A DNA stretch of 64,000 nucleotides. Origin: Paraspadella gotoi. Lineage: Eukaryota > Animalia > Chaetognatha. The notes under the pieces are model-generated. The model did not search any database, was not told where the DNA came from, and saw nothing but the letters and a program-made list of their open reading frames with translations. Positions 27,547 through 41,467 of this stretch are shown one piece after another; position 1 is the first letter of the stretch; every line of letters begins with the position of its first letter. The translations under genes were made by a program, and so were the position numbers. Where the stretch lies: the NCBI GenBank assembly GCA_051294375.1, contig JBJCIZ010000239.1, forward strand, positions 536,159 through 600,158, given 5' to 3'.

Positions 27547-28934
27547 AAAATGGTATAGAAATTCTGGACGTTATCACGCGTCATATCTCTCGGCCGTCTT
27601 CTTTATCATTTCTTTCTTTCTTTCTTTCTATCTTTCTTTCTTTCTTTTTTTTTATTTCCGTCTCTCTTACCTTCCTACTTTTTTCTTTCATTTTTTCTTT
27701 CGTTCTTATTTTTTTTCCTTCTTTTTTTCTTTTATTCCGTCTTTCTTTCTTTATTTTATTTGTATCTATCTTTTTATTTTTTCTTAATATTTTTTTTTCT
27801 TTCTTTTTTACAGGAAATTTAGTGACGGGAAAGGAAAAAACTTTTTACGATAATCCCTCAATACAGAAATTACGTCAAAGAGTCTCTCTCNNNNNNNNNN
27901 NNNNNNNNNNNNNNNNNNNNNNNNNNNNNNNNNNNNNNNNNNNNNNNNNNNNNNNNNNNNNNNNNNNNNNNNNNNNNNNNNNNNNNNNNNNNNNNNNNNN
28001 NNNNNNNNNNNNNNNNNNNNNNNNNNNNNNNNNNNNNNNNNNNNNNNNNNNNNNNNNNNNNNNNNNNNNNNNNNNNNNNNNNNNNNNNNNNNNNNNNNNN
28101 NNNNNNNNNNNNNNNNNNNNNNNNNNNNNNNNNNNNNNNNNNNNNNNNNNNNNNNNNNNNNNNNNNNNNNNNNNNNNNNNNNNNNNNNNNNNNNNNNNNN
28201 NNNNNNNNNNNNNNNNNNNNNNNNNNNNNNNNNNNNNNNNNNNNNNNNNNNNNNNNNNNNNNNNNNNNNNNNNNNNNNNNNNNNNNNNNNNNNNNNNNNN
28301 NNNNNNNNNNNNNNNNNNNNNNNNNNNNNNNNNNNNNNNNNNNNNNNNNNNNNNNNNNNNNNNNNNNNNNNNNNNNNNNNNNNNNNNNNNNNNNNNNNNN
28401 NNNNNNNNNNNNNNNNNNNNNNNNNNNNNNNNNNNNNNNNNNNNNNNNNNNNNNNNNNNNNNNNNNNNNNNNNNNNNNNNNNNNNNNNNNNNNNNNNNNN
28501 NNNNNNNNNNNNNNNNNNNNNNNNNNNNNNNNNNNNNNNNNNNNNNNNNNNNNNNNNNNNNNNNNNNNNNNNNNNNNNNNNNNNNNNNNNNNNNNNNNNN
28601 NNNNNNNNNNNNNNNNNNNNNNNNNNNNNNNNNNNNNNNNNNNNNNNNNNNNNNNNNNNNNNNNNNNNNNNNNNNNNNNNNNNNNNNNNNNNNNNNNNNN
28701 NNNNNNNNNNNNNNNNNNNNNNNNNNNNNNNNNNNNNNNNNNNNNNNNNNNNNNNNNNNNNNNNNNNNNNNNNNNNNNNNNNNNNNNNNNNNNNNNNNNN
28801 NNNNNNNNNNNNNNNNNNNNNNNNNNNNNNNNNNNNNNNNNNNNNNNNNNNNNNNNNNNNNNNNGGGGGGGGGTACAAGAGCGTGTGATGATGTACGGTG
28901 AACGGCGATGGCTGCAACTGTGAAAAAGACAAAC

Positions 28935-28970
28935 CTGCGCATGCGCGTTCTTGCATATGAATGACGTCAC
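28935..28970. promoter_or_regulatory. NRF1-like TGCGCATGCGC plus CRE TGACGTCA
   Basis: Two palindromic consensus sites within ~35 bp in a GC-richer island next to a gap. Confidence 0.3.
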
Positions 28971-30594
28971 TTGCATTGTAATGACTTATTCCGTTTGGTT
29001 CCCATTAGTTTATTTAAATAAAAAGGGAACGACTGATAACTGCCCAAGTATTGAACTGGTTCTGGGCGTGGCATTTAAGGCACAACTCATGGGTGCCAGG
29101 GTAGTGGTATTTGGGGAGGGGTATTTGCCCGACCGGGGGCAGATGTGGAGGAATCTATTTGGGGTGGCGTTGTTGCTGGTGGCTTCAGCTTTCCGGAGGA
29201 ATGGCGAGTCTTGCCCAGAAGTCCTGTCACCACATTTAAGGTACAACTCGTAGATTTCTTTGGGCGAAATCAAGAAAAAGTTTTTATTCTGAGAATAAAG
29301 GAGACGGTGAGACACACGCAGGAGTCTTGATCAATGCTACTCAAACTAGAACAAGCTAAGTTTATTTATAACTGAGGAAGAGGATCGGCGACGTGGGTAA
29401 AATTTACAGTTCCAATGATTCTGCAAGCTGATTGGTCGATTCCGGTTCCACGCTTGACCAATCAGGATTCGGCCATTCCATTTCCGCGGAGATCGCCCGT
29501 GCATACGATCCGAATTTGATTCAGGTGGCCTGATACTCTTGCGATGGTGGCTTAAAAATAGAAAAAAAAAACACAATAAAAAAAAAACCGATTCGTACAG
29601 AACGATTCTTCAAGAACGATTCGCCCGCAGATTCGTACGGAACGAACAAACCTAATCTAGTCTCCCTTCGTGCGAAACTAAGACGAAAAAAAGAACAAAA
29701 AAAGAAAGAAAGAAAAGAACATCTTTTCCATTTTTTCTTGTTGCTAAGTAACGCCACTCTCCTACTCCCGACAGATGGAGTCGAGAGAGACAAAAGAAAA
29801 AGGAGCATCTGCCTTTTACAATGAGCGGACAGAAGAAGAGGATCAAACAAAATAGCATCGCCATTTTGAGATTTCTTTCTTTTTTTTTTCCTTTTCTCGC
29901 CGCGGCGGGGAAACGCCGNNNNNNNNNNNNNNNNNNNNNNNNNNNNNNNNNNNNNNNNNNNNNNNNNNNNNNNNNNNNNNNNNNNNNNNNNNNNNNNNNN
30001 NNNNNNNNNNNNNNNNNNNNNNNNNNNNNNNNNNNNNNNNNNNNNNNNNNNNNNNNNNNNNNNNNNNNNNNNNNNNNNNNNNNNNNNNNNNNNNNNNNNN
30101 NNNNNNNNNNNNNNNNNNNNNNNNNNNNNNNNNNNNNNNNNNNNNNNNNNNNNNNNNNNNNNNNNNNNNNNNNNNNNNNNNNNNNNNNNNNNNNNNNNNN
30201 NNNNNNNNNNNNNNNNNNNNNNNNNNNNNNNNNNNNNNNNNNNNNNNNNNNNNNNNNNNNNNNNNNNNNNNNNNNNNNNNNNNNNNNNNNNAAAGAGTGG
30301 GGGGGATATGATAAAGGAAAGAAAAGTGGGGGAATATTGATAAAGTAAAGAGGAGTGGGGGTTGATTGATGAGGAATGGGAAGCAGAGATAGAGAGATGA
30401 AAGGAGGAGTGGGGGATATAATACAAGAAAGAGGAGTGGGGGAGATGATAAGGAAAGAGGAGTGGGGATATGATACCTGAGAAGGCGGTTTGGGGAGAGA
30501 CGGCGGGGTAAATGTATCGTGAGTTTTTGTCCTTCTTCGATCGTCAAAGAAGATTTCCATCTTGGCCGTACAGAAGAGAGAGAGAAGAGGAGAG

Positions 30595-30649
<55 letters not shown>

Positions 30650-30886
30650 CCAAAAAGATGAAATAAAGGATTGCATCTTTGCGTCTTGTATTTGTGGAAA
30701 TTTGCTAGTAGGTGCCTGATGGAAAAATATTGGCAGCAAGAGCAAAGAAGAAAAACCTACTTGAAAGAGGAAGAAAGAAAAAGAAAACAAAACAACAAAA
30801 AAACAACAAAAAAAAACAAAAAAGAAAACAAAGTTCGAGTTAAAAAGAAAAAAAACATTAACGAAGAGGAGCCTTTTTTGAATAAC

Positions 30887-30970
30887 GATCCTTAGCAACG
30901 GATCCTTAGCAACGAATCCTTAGCAACGAATCCTTAGCAACGGATCCTTAGCAACGGATCCTTAGCAACG
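30887..30970. repeat. 14-bp tandem repeat ((G/A)ATCCTTAGCAACG) x6
   Basis: Read directly. Confidence 0.95.
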
Positions 30971-32425
30971 CGACTAACGACATTCGGAACAAGCTGACGC
31001 TATCCAAACAAACCGCCTCACGAAAAATAAAATAGGGGAAGTTTTTTTTTTTTAAATGTATGATGCGTCGACAATGTATTTTTGATAGAATTTTAAATAT
31101 ACTAATAAAGACTTATAGATGTGAAGTATTTTATTTGAAGTATTCGATTTGAAGTATTTGATTTGAAGTATTCGTAATTTAAGTTGTTTCTAGATGCGTA
31201 TAGTATTTCTAGTATTAATAATAATTTATTATTTCTTTAATAAGTAACTTAATAACTAAAATAAAAATGATTTATCAAGATGCAACGACGCATAAAAAGC
31301 GAGGAGAAAATTCTCCGACTCATTGATTTAAAGAGAGAAAACGCGTCCCTTATTACGAAGGCAAGTTTCGCTTGGTTTCGCCCGGCAGTTGCTTAGTAAC
31401 TCTCTCTCTCTCAGGCATCATCCGTTCTCTCCCCGGCTTAAACATCCTCCTCTCTCTCTCTTTCTGAAAGTTCACGATTTCTCTCGCAAGTCGCTTCAAT
31501 CAAAAAATAAATTAAATCATACTCTAGGATCTAAGTTCTCCCATCACATCTCTCTCTCCTTCAATCTTCCTCAGATTTCTCTTCAATCTCTACTGCAGTC
31601 TCTAGCCATCGGCCACGACACGCTGAACTCATACATTTACAATTTAAAATACAAAATTTATGTAAAACGACTAGGGACATTAATTTACAATAGATTTGCA
31701 ATTCATTATGTGTAGTGTGAAAAAAAAAAAAAGAAAAAAAAAGAACAATTTGTTTACGTTTTTATTTTCTATCGGTCTCTGCGCTAGTCTAGTTTTCATT
31801 GAAATTTGTTAATAAATATTTATTTTAAATTGCAAACACATTAACTAGAAATAAACACAGACGCGTCGTCTAGAGAGCGAGTGTTCGACCAACACCAAAA
31901 CCATAAAAAGAAAATTTTTGACGACGAATGTTAAACTTTCCGATAAATAGATAAATGAATAGATAAGTAAATAAATAAATAAATAAATGAATACAAGAAT
32001 TAATTAATAAAACAATAAACCTAAACCCGCTTGATAATTGAATAATGAACCTTTAATCGCTAATGACTCAGTCAGTCAGTCAGTCAGTCAGTCAGTTTCT
32101 ATCGATTATATTTCCTTTTGTCTAAACAACAACAACAACAACAACAGAGAACGACGGCCAGGTGGCGTTGACCGAGTTTTTCGAGATAGTGGGAAAAAAA
32201 ATAACTGAACAACTAGTATGCAGAAAACGATATGATCGAATGTTGAGAAATAGCAACTAAAGTGGCTTAACATAAAAAAAAAATATTGATAATTTTATTA
32301 ATACCATTTAATAAACGTGCAATGCAATAAGTAAACAAACCAACAAAAAAAAATTAAGAAGCTGAAACGTTAATGAACAAAGTTTAGAATAAGGACGTCG
32401 ATGAGCGGAAGTTAACGACGACGAC

Positions 32426-32469
<44 letters not shown>

Positions 32470-32583
32470 AGTCGAAAAGCATCGATCATTACGAACATTT
32501 TGAGGCTTAATTGAAGTTTCGTTGCTTTTTAATTTCAAGCGTAATCATCATTAACGAATAACAAAACACGAAATAATCGCTCG

Positions 32584-32686
<103 letters not shown>

Positions 32687-32864
32687 CGAAAGGCTTTTTA
32701 TGTCTCGCCCGAAATGTCGTCAATGAATTATCTTTCGAAAGGAAAAAAATTGTTCAAATTTATGTTCATCGCTCATTTAATGATCCGTTTTGACTTGAAT
32801 GACCCTGATTCGAATCGAATGACGCGATTCGATTCGAATCGAATGACCCGATTTGACCTCTTTC

Positions 32865-32940
32865 TTTTTAGTCGGATCTGCTTATTAGCAGGTCCCGAAT
32901 CCATAATTCACTTTGTCGGTCAGTCGGTCCGTCCCCCTCA
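32865..32940 (+). mobile_element. 5' end of a second HINE-like family
   Basis: TTTTAGTCGGA-(CTGCT..AGCAG hairpin)-...CACTTTGTCGGTCAGTCGGTCCGTC; same layout as the family A 5' end but different sequence. Confidence 0.4.
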
Positions 32941-33009
32941 ATATTGTCGGTCATTCACTTTATATCATGTCAGAACATCGAATTATGATAAATTATGCAA
33001 AACATTGTG

Positions 33010-33180
33010 ATTCGGGTTCAATCCCCTCACGGTAACGCTGGTTAAAGTGTGGTGGTGTCGGCATTAACACAACAGTGACATGGGGTGGTCAGGTCCAAAG
33101 CCCTGAGCACCACCTGTCGGGAGATACCTAACACCCCGGTTATCACATATGTCCACCTCCGTTGCCATAATAGCTAATTT
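33010..33180 (+). mobile_element. Probable 5'-truncated tRNA-derived SINE
   Basis: Pol III B-box-like GGGTTCAATCCC at ~33014-33025, then a GC-rich body with a long hairpin (33077-33118); no A box seen; single copy in the window. Confidence 0.45.
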
Positions 33181-33954
33181 ATTGAACAAATTGATAATTG
33201 TACAATGTACGTTAGTTGTGCCAATTTCATAGCGTGCTACTCTTCATTCAAAAAATTCTCTCACGCCGTTTTAGTCAATATTTTAAAATTCTATATTTGT
33301 TTAGATTACCAACAGTTTGTTTTTTTAAAAGAAATATTTCTTTGAGCATCTCTCCACCTCTTAAAGACCCTTTCGTCGTCTCTATTTAAATTAAAATTCA
33401 ATATTTGTAAAATGTCTCGCGTTTCGTTTGGCAAAGGATTTAAAAAACTTTTTCTGGATGGAAAAAGGTCAAATTTCGAGAAGAGAAAAAAAAATTTCAT
33501 TTCGAAATAATTTCAATTCTTTCTATATTTTATTTATTCTATTTTACTTTTTCTTTATTTTTTATCGTGTTCTTTTTTTTTTAATTTATTTTTTATTTTT
33601 TTTCTCTTTTTTTTTTTTAAGTAGGCTGATTTTTGATTCATAATACACCAACGCATCTTCGAATACTTTGTCCTTAACGAATTGTCCCGGAATTGAAAGG
33701 AATCATGAATTTGCTCAATGATAACAAACAAAATAATCTTGAACAGCGAATAAAGAATAAAACTATACAAAAGATGGCAGAAGCAAGCTAATCGAGCAAG
33801 CAATCAAGCACAAAAAAGGGCAGAAGTAAGCTAAGCAAGCAAGCAAACAAGCACAAAACAGAGCGTTGGGTGAATCTAAGATATCTCCATTGAGTCTCGC
33901 ACGCGGGATTCGGTTTCTATTTTTAGAAATCGTTCCGACTTGAAAATGTTATTC

Positions 33955-33986
<32 letters not shown>

Positions 33987-33988
33987 TC

Positions 33989-34267
33989 GTAAATCTAGTT
34001 TTACGAAAAGAAATAACAAACTTCATCATCGGCGTTTTTGTATGAGTTTACTTATATATTACTTACGATTTTTTTAAAACTAATCGACTTCTAGTTTTAT
34101 ATAGCGTCAGGAATTAGAGACAGGCAGTACGAAAGGGGTACAGTATGAAAAAAAAGAACTACTGGAAGAGTCTTACGGAGGAGTAGACCACAAGCCAACA
34201 TACGGTCGTGGCACGAGACAATCAACCAACCCCCCCAAAAATACCCCAAAGGGAAAAAAGAAAAGGG

Positions 34268-34305
<38 letters not shown>

Positions 34306-34647
34306 AAATAAAAAAAGCGCCCATACGATAACGAATCTCAGGGAGCGAGATCCACAAACCAAATGGAGAAAAACTCACCACGTTTTGAGCCCTTTTTCTT
34401 ATAGTTACACAAGAACAATACCAAAGGGGAAAAAAAAACAAATACAAGGGGTATACTAATCGCGACGCGAGACCACATAGATGCCGAAAACAAACTTTGA
34501 TGATCTGCATTTCGAAACCCGTGAAGGGGAATCTTCTCTCTCTCCCTCTGCCCTAGCTCACCGCCCATCCTCCTCTCTCGCTTCTCTCTCTCACTCTCTT
34601 CTCTTCCTCCCTCTCCTCTCTTCTTCCTCTCTCTCTCTCCTCTCCCT

Positions 34648-34687
<40 letters not shown>

Positions 34688-34827
34688 TTCTCTCCTTTTC
34701 TCTCTTCTTCTTCCTCCCCGTCGCACCAAAAAAAATAAATGAAATAAAGAAAAAAAAATCTTCTTCTCTTTCACTTTCGAGCTTTCGCATTTTGTCGTAA
34801 AAGGTTTTACTACTGCTTCCGAAGGTC

Positions 34828-34860
<33 letters not shown>

Positions 34861-35090
34861 TCTTCTCTCTCTCTCTCCTCTCTCTTCTCTCTCTCTCTTC
34901 TCTCTCTCTGCTCTCTCTCCCCCTCTCTCTCCGTTTTATATTCTTTTTTAAACTCTTTTTATCTTCTTTCCTTTTTTCTCCTTTCTTTCTTTTTTATTTC
35001 TATTTTTTAATCCAGGAGCGAGCGTCGCCGACGTTGCCCCCCTTTTTTTTTCGGCTTCTCTCTCTCTCTCTCTCTCTCTCTCCTCTCTCT

Positions 35091-35138
<48 letters not shown>

Positions 35139-35314
35139 GTGAAGACCCGCCTGCTTGGAGAGCGCGCGGAATTTGAACGAGAAGGGAGAGGTTTAGAGAG
35201 GAAGGAGAGAGAAATGGGAAAGGGAAAAGCGAGAGAGAGAGAGAGAGAGAGAAGGAGAGAGGAAGAGAGAGAGAGAGCGAGAGAGAGGATGAGAGAGAGA
35301 AAGAGAGAGAGGGC

Positions 35315-35345
<31 letters not shown>

Positions 35346-35671
35346 GGAGGGACAAAGAGGGACAGGATGAAGATAAAGTATTAAATTTGCGAGCCGAGGG
35401 AGAAAGTGTGCAGAAGTTGCGTGATCTGGTGGCAAGGGCGCGAAACTTTAGAAGTGTGCTACGATTCGCGTAGGTTAAGTTGCAACTAAGCAAATATTAT
35501 TTTAGACACGTGACTTGCTTGGATAAGAAAGGGAAAGAGAGAAAGAAAGTAAAAAATGAAAGATAAGGAAAAGAAAGAAAAGAGAAAGAAAAGAAAGAAA
35601 GTAAGATAAAGAAAGTAAAGAAAGAAAAAAAAAAGAGAAAAGAAAANNNNNNNNNNNNNNNNNNNNNNNNN

Positions 35672-35702
<31 letters not shown>

Positions 35703-36150
35703 CTCTTTCCTGTCTTTCAAGCAAAGTCACGGTCTAAAATAATTATTCTTAATATTTTGCTTAGTTGCAACTCAACCTACGCGAATCGTAGCACTTCTAA
35801 AGTTTCGCCCTTGCACGAGATCACGCAACTCTGCACACTTTCTCTCGGTCGCAAATTTTATACTTTATCTTGTAAATCTAGTTTTACGAAAAGAAATAAC
35901 AAACTTCATCATCGGCGTTTTTGTATGAGTTTACTTATATATTACTTACGATTTTTTTAAAACTAATCGACTTCTAGTTTTATATAGCGTCAGGAATTAG
36001 AGACAGGCAGTACGAAAGGGGTACAGTATGAAAAAAAAGAACTACTGGAAGAGTCTTACGGAGGAGTAGACCACAAGCCAACATACGGTCGTGGCACGAG
36101 ACAATCAACCAACCCCCCCAAAAATACCCCAAAGGGAAAAAAGAAAAGGG

Positions 36151-36188
<38 letters not shown>

Positions 36189-36528
36189 AAATAAAAAAAG
36201 CGCCCATACGATAACGAATCTCAGGGAGCGAGATCCACAAACCAAATGGAGAAAAACTCACCACGTTTTGAGCCCTTTTTCTTATAGTTACACAAGAACA
36301 ATACCAAAGGGGAAAAAAAAACAAATACAAGGGGTATACTAATCGCGACGCGAGACCACATAGATGCCGAAAACAAACTTTGATGATCTGCATTTCGAAA
36401 CCCGTGAAGGGGAATCTTCTCTCTCTCCCTCTGCCCTAGCTCACCGCCCATCCTCCTCTCTCGCTTCTCTCTCTCACTCTCTTCTCTTCCTCCCTCTCCT
36501 CTCTCTCCTCTCTCTCTCTCCTCTCCCT

Positions 36529-36568
<40 letters not shown>

Positions 36569-36991
36569 TTCTCTCCTTTTCTCTCTTCTTCTTCCTCCCC
36601 GTCGCACCAAAAAAAATGAAATGAAATAAAGAAAAAAAAATCTCTTCTCTTTCACTTTCGAGCTTTCGCCATTTTTGTCCGTAAAAGGTTTTACTACTGC
36701 TTCCGAAGTCTCTCTCTTCTCTCTCTCTCTCTCTCTCTTTTCTTCTCTCTCTCTCTCCTCTCTCTTCTCTCTCTCTCTTCTTCTCTCTCTCTCTCTCTCC
36801 CCCGCCCTCCTCTCCGTTTTATATTCTTTTTTAAACTCTTTTTATCTTTTTCCTTTTTTTTCTCCTTTCTTTCTTTTTTATTTCTATTTTTTAATCCGAG
36901 GGCGATGGCGTCGCCGAACGTTGCCCCCTTTTTTTTTACGGCTTCTCTCTCTCTCTCTCTCCTTTCTCTCTCCTCTCTCTTCTCTCTCCTC

Positions 36992-37023
<32 letters not shown>

Positions 37024-37280
37024 GTTGTGAAGACCCGCCGCTTGTGAGAGCGCGCGAATTGAACGAGAAGGGAGAGGTTTAGAGAGGAAGGAGAGAGAAA
37101 AGGGAAAGGGAAAAGCGATGGAGAGAGAGAGAGAGAGAGATAGGAGAGAGAGAAGAGAGAGAGAGCAGGGAGAGAGTGATGAGAGAGAGAAAGAGAGAGA
37201 GGGAGATGAGGGAGAGACGAGAGAGAGCAGAAGAGGGAGGGACCCAAAGAGGGGACAGGATGAAGATAACCGTATTAAAT
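33989..37280. repeat. Direct duplication 33989-35386 / 35872-37280 with an inverted segment 35371-35521 / 35718-35871
   Basis: Identical ORF-track translations at 34097-34510 and 35980-36393; reverse-complement match across the gap at ~35647-35671. Confidence 0.9.
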
Positions 37281-38646
37281 NNNNNNNNNNNNNNNNNNNN
37301 NNNNNAGAGAGATTCTCGTTTCGAATGCAGATCAATCAAAGTTTGTCCATCTATGTCTTCGTACGCGTCCTTTTGTTTTTCTGTGTACTAAGTGTGAGTT
37401 TTTCTTTGTGTGGATCTCCCTTGATGTCCGTTCGTATGTCTGTATTTGTCTCTGCACCATGTGTGTCTATCCGTGACTCTTCAGTCTTCATCTGTCTCTT
37501 TCGTATCTGCCTGTCTACTATTCTGACCTATATTAAACTAGAAATATTTTTAAAATCGTAAGTATATATAAGTAAACAAAAACGCCGATTGAGTTTGTTA
37601 TTTCTTTTCGTTAAAAATAAAGATTTACCCGATAACTTTTGATTAATAAGTTTTAATTTTTATCCCTTTTTATCAGATCCAACCTTCTTCTCCCGTCGTA
37701 TTACTTAAAAAAATTATCTCCCCCGTCGAAAAACTTTTTAAGTCTCTCTTCTGATAAAAAAAAATAGGCTTTTAATATTGTTAAATATTGTTAATCTTCG
37801 ATAGAGTCCCACGAGGCACGAATCGCTATTCAAAAATTCTTTTTCAACACCTTTGTTTGAAAAAGCGAAAGCTTCGGCCCTCGCAGATTTTTTAAAAGGC
37901 CTCATTTAGTTTGTTTGTCTTTTATTAATTTTTCTTTGACTACGTCGCGGTGGCGGTTTTGCAATATATTAGCGAAAAAAGAATTTCTAGAGCATTTTCA
38001 ATTTTGTTTAATAAATAATAATACCGTTATCCAGAAAATTTTAAAAAGGTTTTTGTACGTTATTATATATTATTTTTAATTGTCCAATTCATACCATTAA
38101 TACGTTATAAACCGTATTTATTCCCATTTTTAAAAAAAATAATTACATTATTATTTTAGCACCAATTAATATTTTTAAAAATATTACCAAACCAATTGGC
38201 GTTTCTCATCAAAGACCAACGCCACTGGAGGCGGCGCCCAAACTTTTTTTAAGAGAANNNNNNNNNNCTTTCTTTCTTTCTTTCTTTCTTAGTATTTTTT
38301 TTTAATATTTTTTAAATTCTTTTTCTTTTCTGCATTTCCATTTGCGTTCGAGAGTTAGTTGAGTGACATTTAACTAATCACTTATTCTATAATTTTGTTA
38401 AGAATTATATACTTCTGATCGAAATAGATTTAATTTTTCAAATGTTTTTTTTGGGGGGGAAAAAGTAAACTTAATTAAGCAACTAACTAATTAGAGATTG
38501 CCGCAATTAAAAATAATTTGCCTATTGTCAATTTACCGTAAAATTTCTCTTAAAAAAAAACAACTGTGTAATTTTTTTTAAATATTCGAACTTTAAACAA
38601 TAAAATAAAAAAAGGACAAATCGAGTTAAAGGCGAAAATAATAAGA

Positions 38647-38951
38647 TAACAAGATCGGTCCATCCAATGTGTTGCGCCGCAGTGACTTTGTATATTTATG
38701 ACGCGCACTGCATCGGAAATCCATCTTTTATTCTTTATAGTTTTATGATTTCCGTGAAGGCGGCGCTAACAGTCACTTGGATTTGACGTGTTTTTTTTCC
38801 TGGCTTAACGAATGAGCAACCGACTATAGGCGAGTTATGAGCATTTTTAACCTAAGTGGGACAGACCGACGTACAGACAGACTGATCGACCGACGGACAG
38901 ACAGACTGACCGACCGACAGACAGACCGACCGAAAAGTGGCGCAACTAAAA
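38647..38951 (-). mobile_element. Family A element, copy 4
   Basis: AATGTGTTGCGCCGCAGTGACT ... (GACC/GACA)n ... GTGGCGCAACTAAAA; sub-TIR GTTGCGCC/GGCGCAAC. Confidence 0.75.
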
Positions 38952-40277
38952 TGTAAAAAGAGGCCACCAAAGTTGAAAAAGAACTTTTTTTCTTGTTAGA
39001 AGTAAAAAAAAATATAAAACCAANNNNNNNNNNNNNNNNNNNNNNNNNTTATCAGATCCACCTTCCTTCTCCCGTCGTTTACCTTAAAAAAATTATTCTC
39101 CCACCGTCGAAACATATTTTTAAGTCCGCTCTCTTTCTGACTAAAAGAAAAATCAGGCTCTGTTAATTATTGTTAAATATTGTAAGCTTCCGATAAGAGT
39201 CCACCGAGGCACGGATCGCTATTCATAAAATTCTTTGTTCAACACCTTTGCTTTGGAAAAGCGATAACTCCGGCCCCTTCGCAGATTTTTTTAAAAGGCC
39301 TCATTTAGTTTGTTTGTCTTTTTATATTTTCTTTGACTACGTCGCGGTGGCGTTTTGCAATATATTAGCGAAAAAAGAATTTCTAGAGCATTTCAATTTT
39401 GTTTAATATAATAATAACCGTTATCCCCAGAAAATTTAAAAAAGGTTTTAGTACGTTATTTATATATTATTTTTAATTGTCCATTCATACCATTAATACG
39501 TTATAACCGTATTTATTCCAATTTTTAAAAAATAATTACATTATTATTTTAGCACCAATTAATATTTTTAAAAATATTACCAACCAATTGGCGTTTCTCA
39601 TCAAAAGACCAACGCCACTGGAGGCGGCGACCCAACTTTTTTTAAGAGAAATCTTTTTTTTTTCTCGAGACTTCAACAAGTCGTTTCTCACCCTTTACAA
39701 CAAATACGAGTCGCCCCCTCGCCCACCCCCCCCCCCTCGCCCCCCCTTTGGAAAACATTGCGGCTGAAAATTTGTATTTACAATTAATTTTTTACCCAAA
39801 GAAAATATTCGGGGAAAAATATTTTGAAAAAAAAGCAAAAGCAAGGCAGTTACTTGCTCTTTTATTTGGAGTTGCTTTTTTCTTTCTTCTTTCTTTCTTT
39901 TCTTTCTTTCTTCTTTCTATTCTTAGTATTTTTTTTTAATATTTTTTAAATTTTTTCTTTTCTGCATTCCATTTGCGTTCTGAGATGTAGATTGATGTGA
40001 CATTTAACTAATCATTATTTCTATAATTTGTTAGAATTATATACTTCTGATCGAAATAGATTTAATTTTTCAAATTTTTTTTGGGGGGGAAAAAGTAACT
40101 TAATTAAGCAACTAACTAATTAAAGATTGCCGCAATTAAAAATAATTTGCCTATTGTCAATTTACCGTAAATTTCTCTTATAAAAAAAAAACACTGTGTA
40201 ATTTTTTTTAAATATTCGATACTTTAAACAATAAAATAAAAAAAGGACAAATCGAGTTAAAGGCGAAATAAATAAGA

Positions 40278-40583
40278 TAACAAGATCGGTCCATCCAATG
40301 TGTTGCGCCGCAGTGACTTTTGTATATTTATGATACGCGCACTGATCGGAAATCCATCTTTTTATTCTTTATAGTTTATATTTCCGTGAAGGCGGCGCTA
40401 ACAGTCACTTGGATTTGACGTGTTTTTTTCCTGGCTTAACGAATGAGCAACGACTATAGCGAGTTATGAGCATTTTTAACCTAAGTGGGACAGACCGACG
40501 TAGCAGACAGACTGATCGACACCGACGGACAGACAGACTGACCGACCGACAGACAGACCGACCGAAAAGTGGCGCAACTAAAA
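40278..40583 (-). mobile_element. Family A element, copy 5 (duplicate of copy 4)
   Basis: Lies within the duplicated block. Confidence 0.75.
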
Positions 40584-40689
40584 TGTAAAAAGAGGCCACC
40601 AAAGTTGAAAAAGAACTTTTTTTCTTGTAGAAGTAAAAAAAAATATAAAACCAATCACCGTAACCTCTCTTTTTGTTAAGGCGCAGAGA

Positions 40690-40744
<55 letters not shown>

Positions 40745-41347
40745 AGAGAGAGTCGAGAGACAGAAGAGCAGACGAGAGTTTTTTTGTAAACCGTTTTTTT
40801 CCCCCCTTCTCTTTTGTCATTCTTTTGTTACACGAGATTAATTCTACTACTGGGTTCGATTCGGGGAGTAAAGAAGATTGGAAAACGATTTCTTTTCATT
40901 TTCGCCAAATTAAAAAAAAAAAACTGGGGGGGGTTTCTTTTGGCCTCTAAGTTTTTTTTTATCGTTTTGTTTTTTAAATGAAACAAAAGGAATTAAACTT
41001 AGAAGTTAGTACTTAATAGTTTTTAGATTTATGCTTAATAGTTGAATTTTAATACTTGAAAAAGATACTTGATTCGAATAAAATTAATGAATGGAAGATG
41101 GAATTTAGACTTAATGTGATATGAATGTGATATGAATGTGATATGAATGTAGTATCGTCTGATGATTACGCATTAGACTTAACTAACTGACCTCAGACTA
41201 ATTGTATCGTTGTTGTTCAAAAGGTTTCGAATTAAAATTAGATGATATAAAAAAATAAACAAACAACTTCTACTGACATTTTCTTACTTTCTTAACATTT
41301 TTTGTCCGGTTATTTTCTTTATACTGAATATTACTTACACCATCTAA

Positions 41348-41467
<120 letters not shown>

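Larger units (their letters stand above)
37669..40654 (+). repeat. Direct duplication 37669-39023 / 39049-40654 across a gap
   Basis: Both copies start TTATCAGATCCA and end AAAATATAAA(A)CCAA. Confidence 0.9.

Noticed and set aside
33010-33030. tRNA gene
   Set aside because: Only a B-box/T-arm-like motif; no cloverleaf or A box
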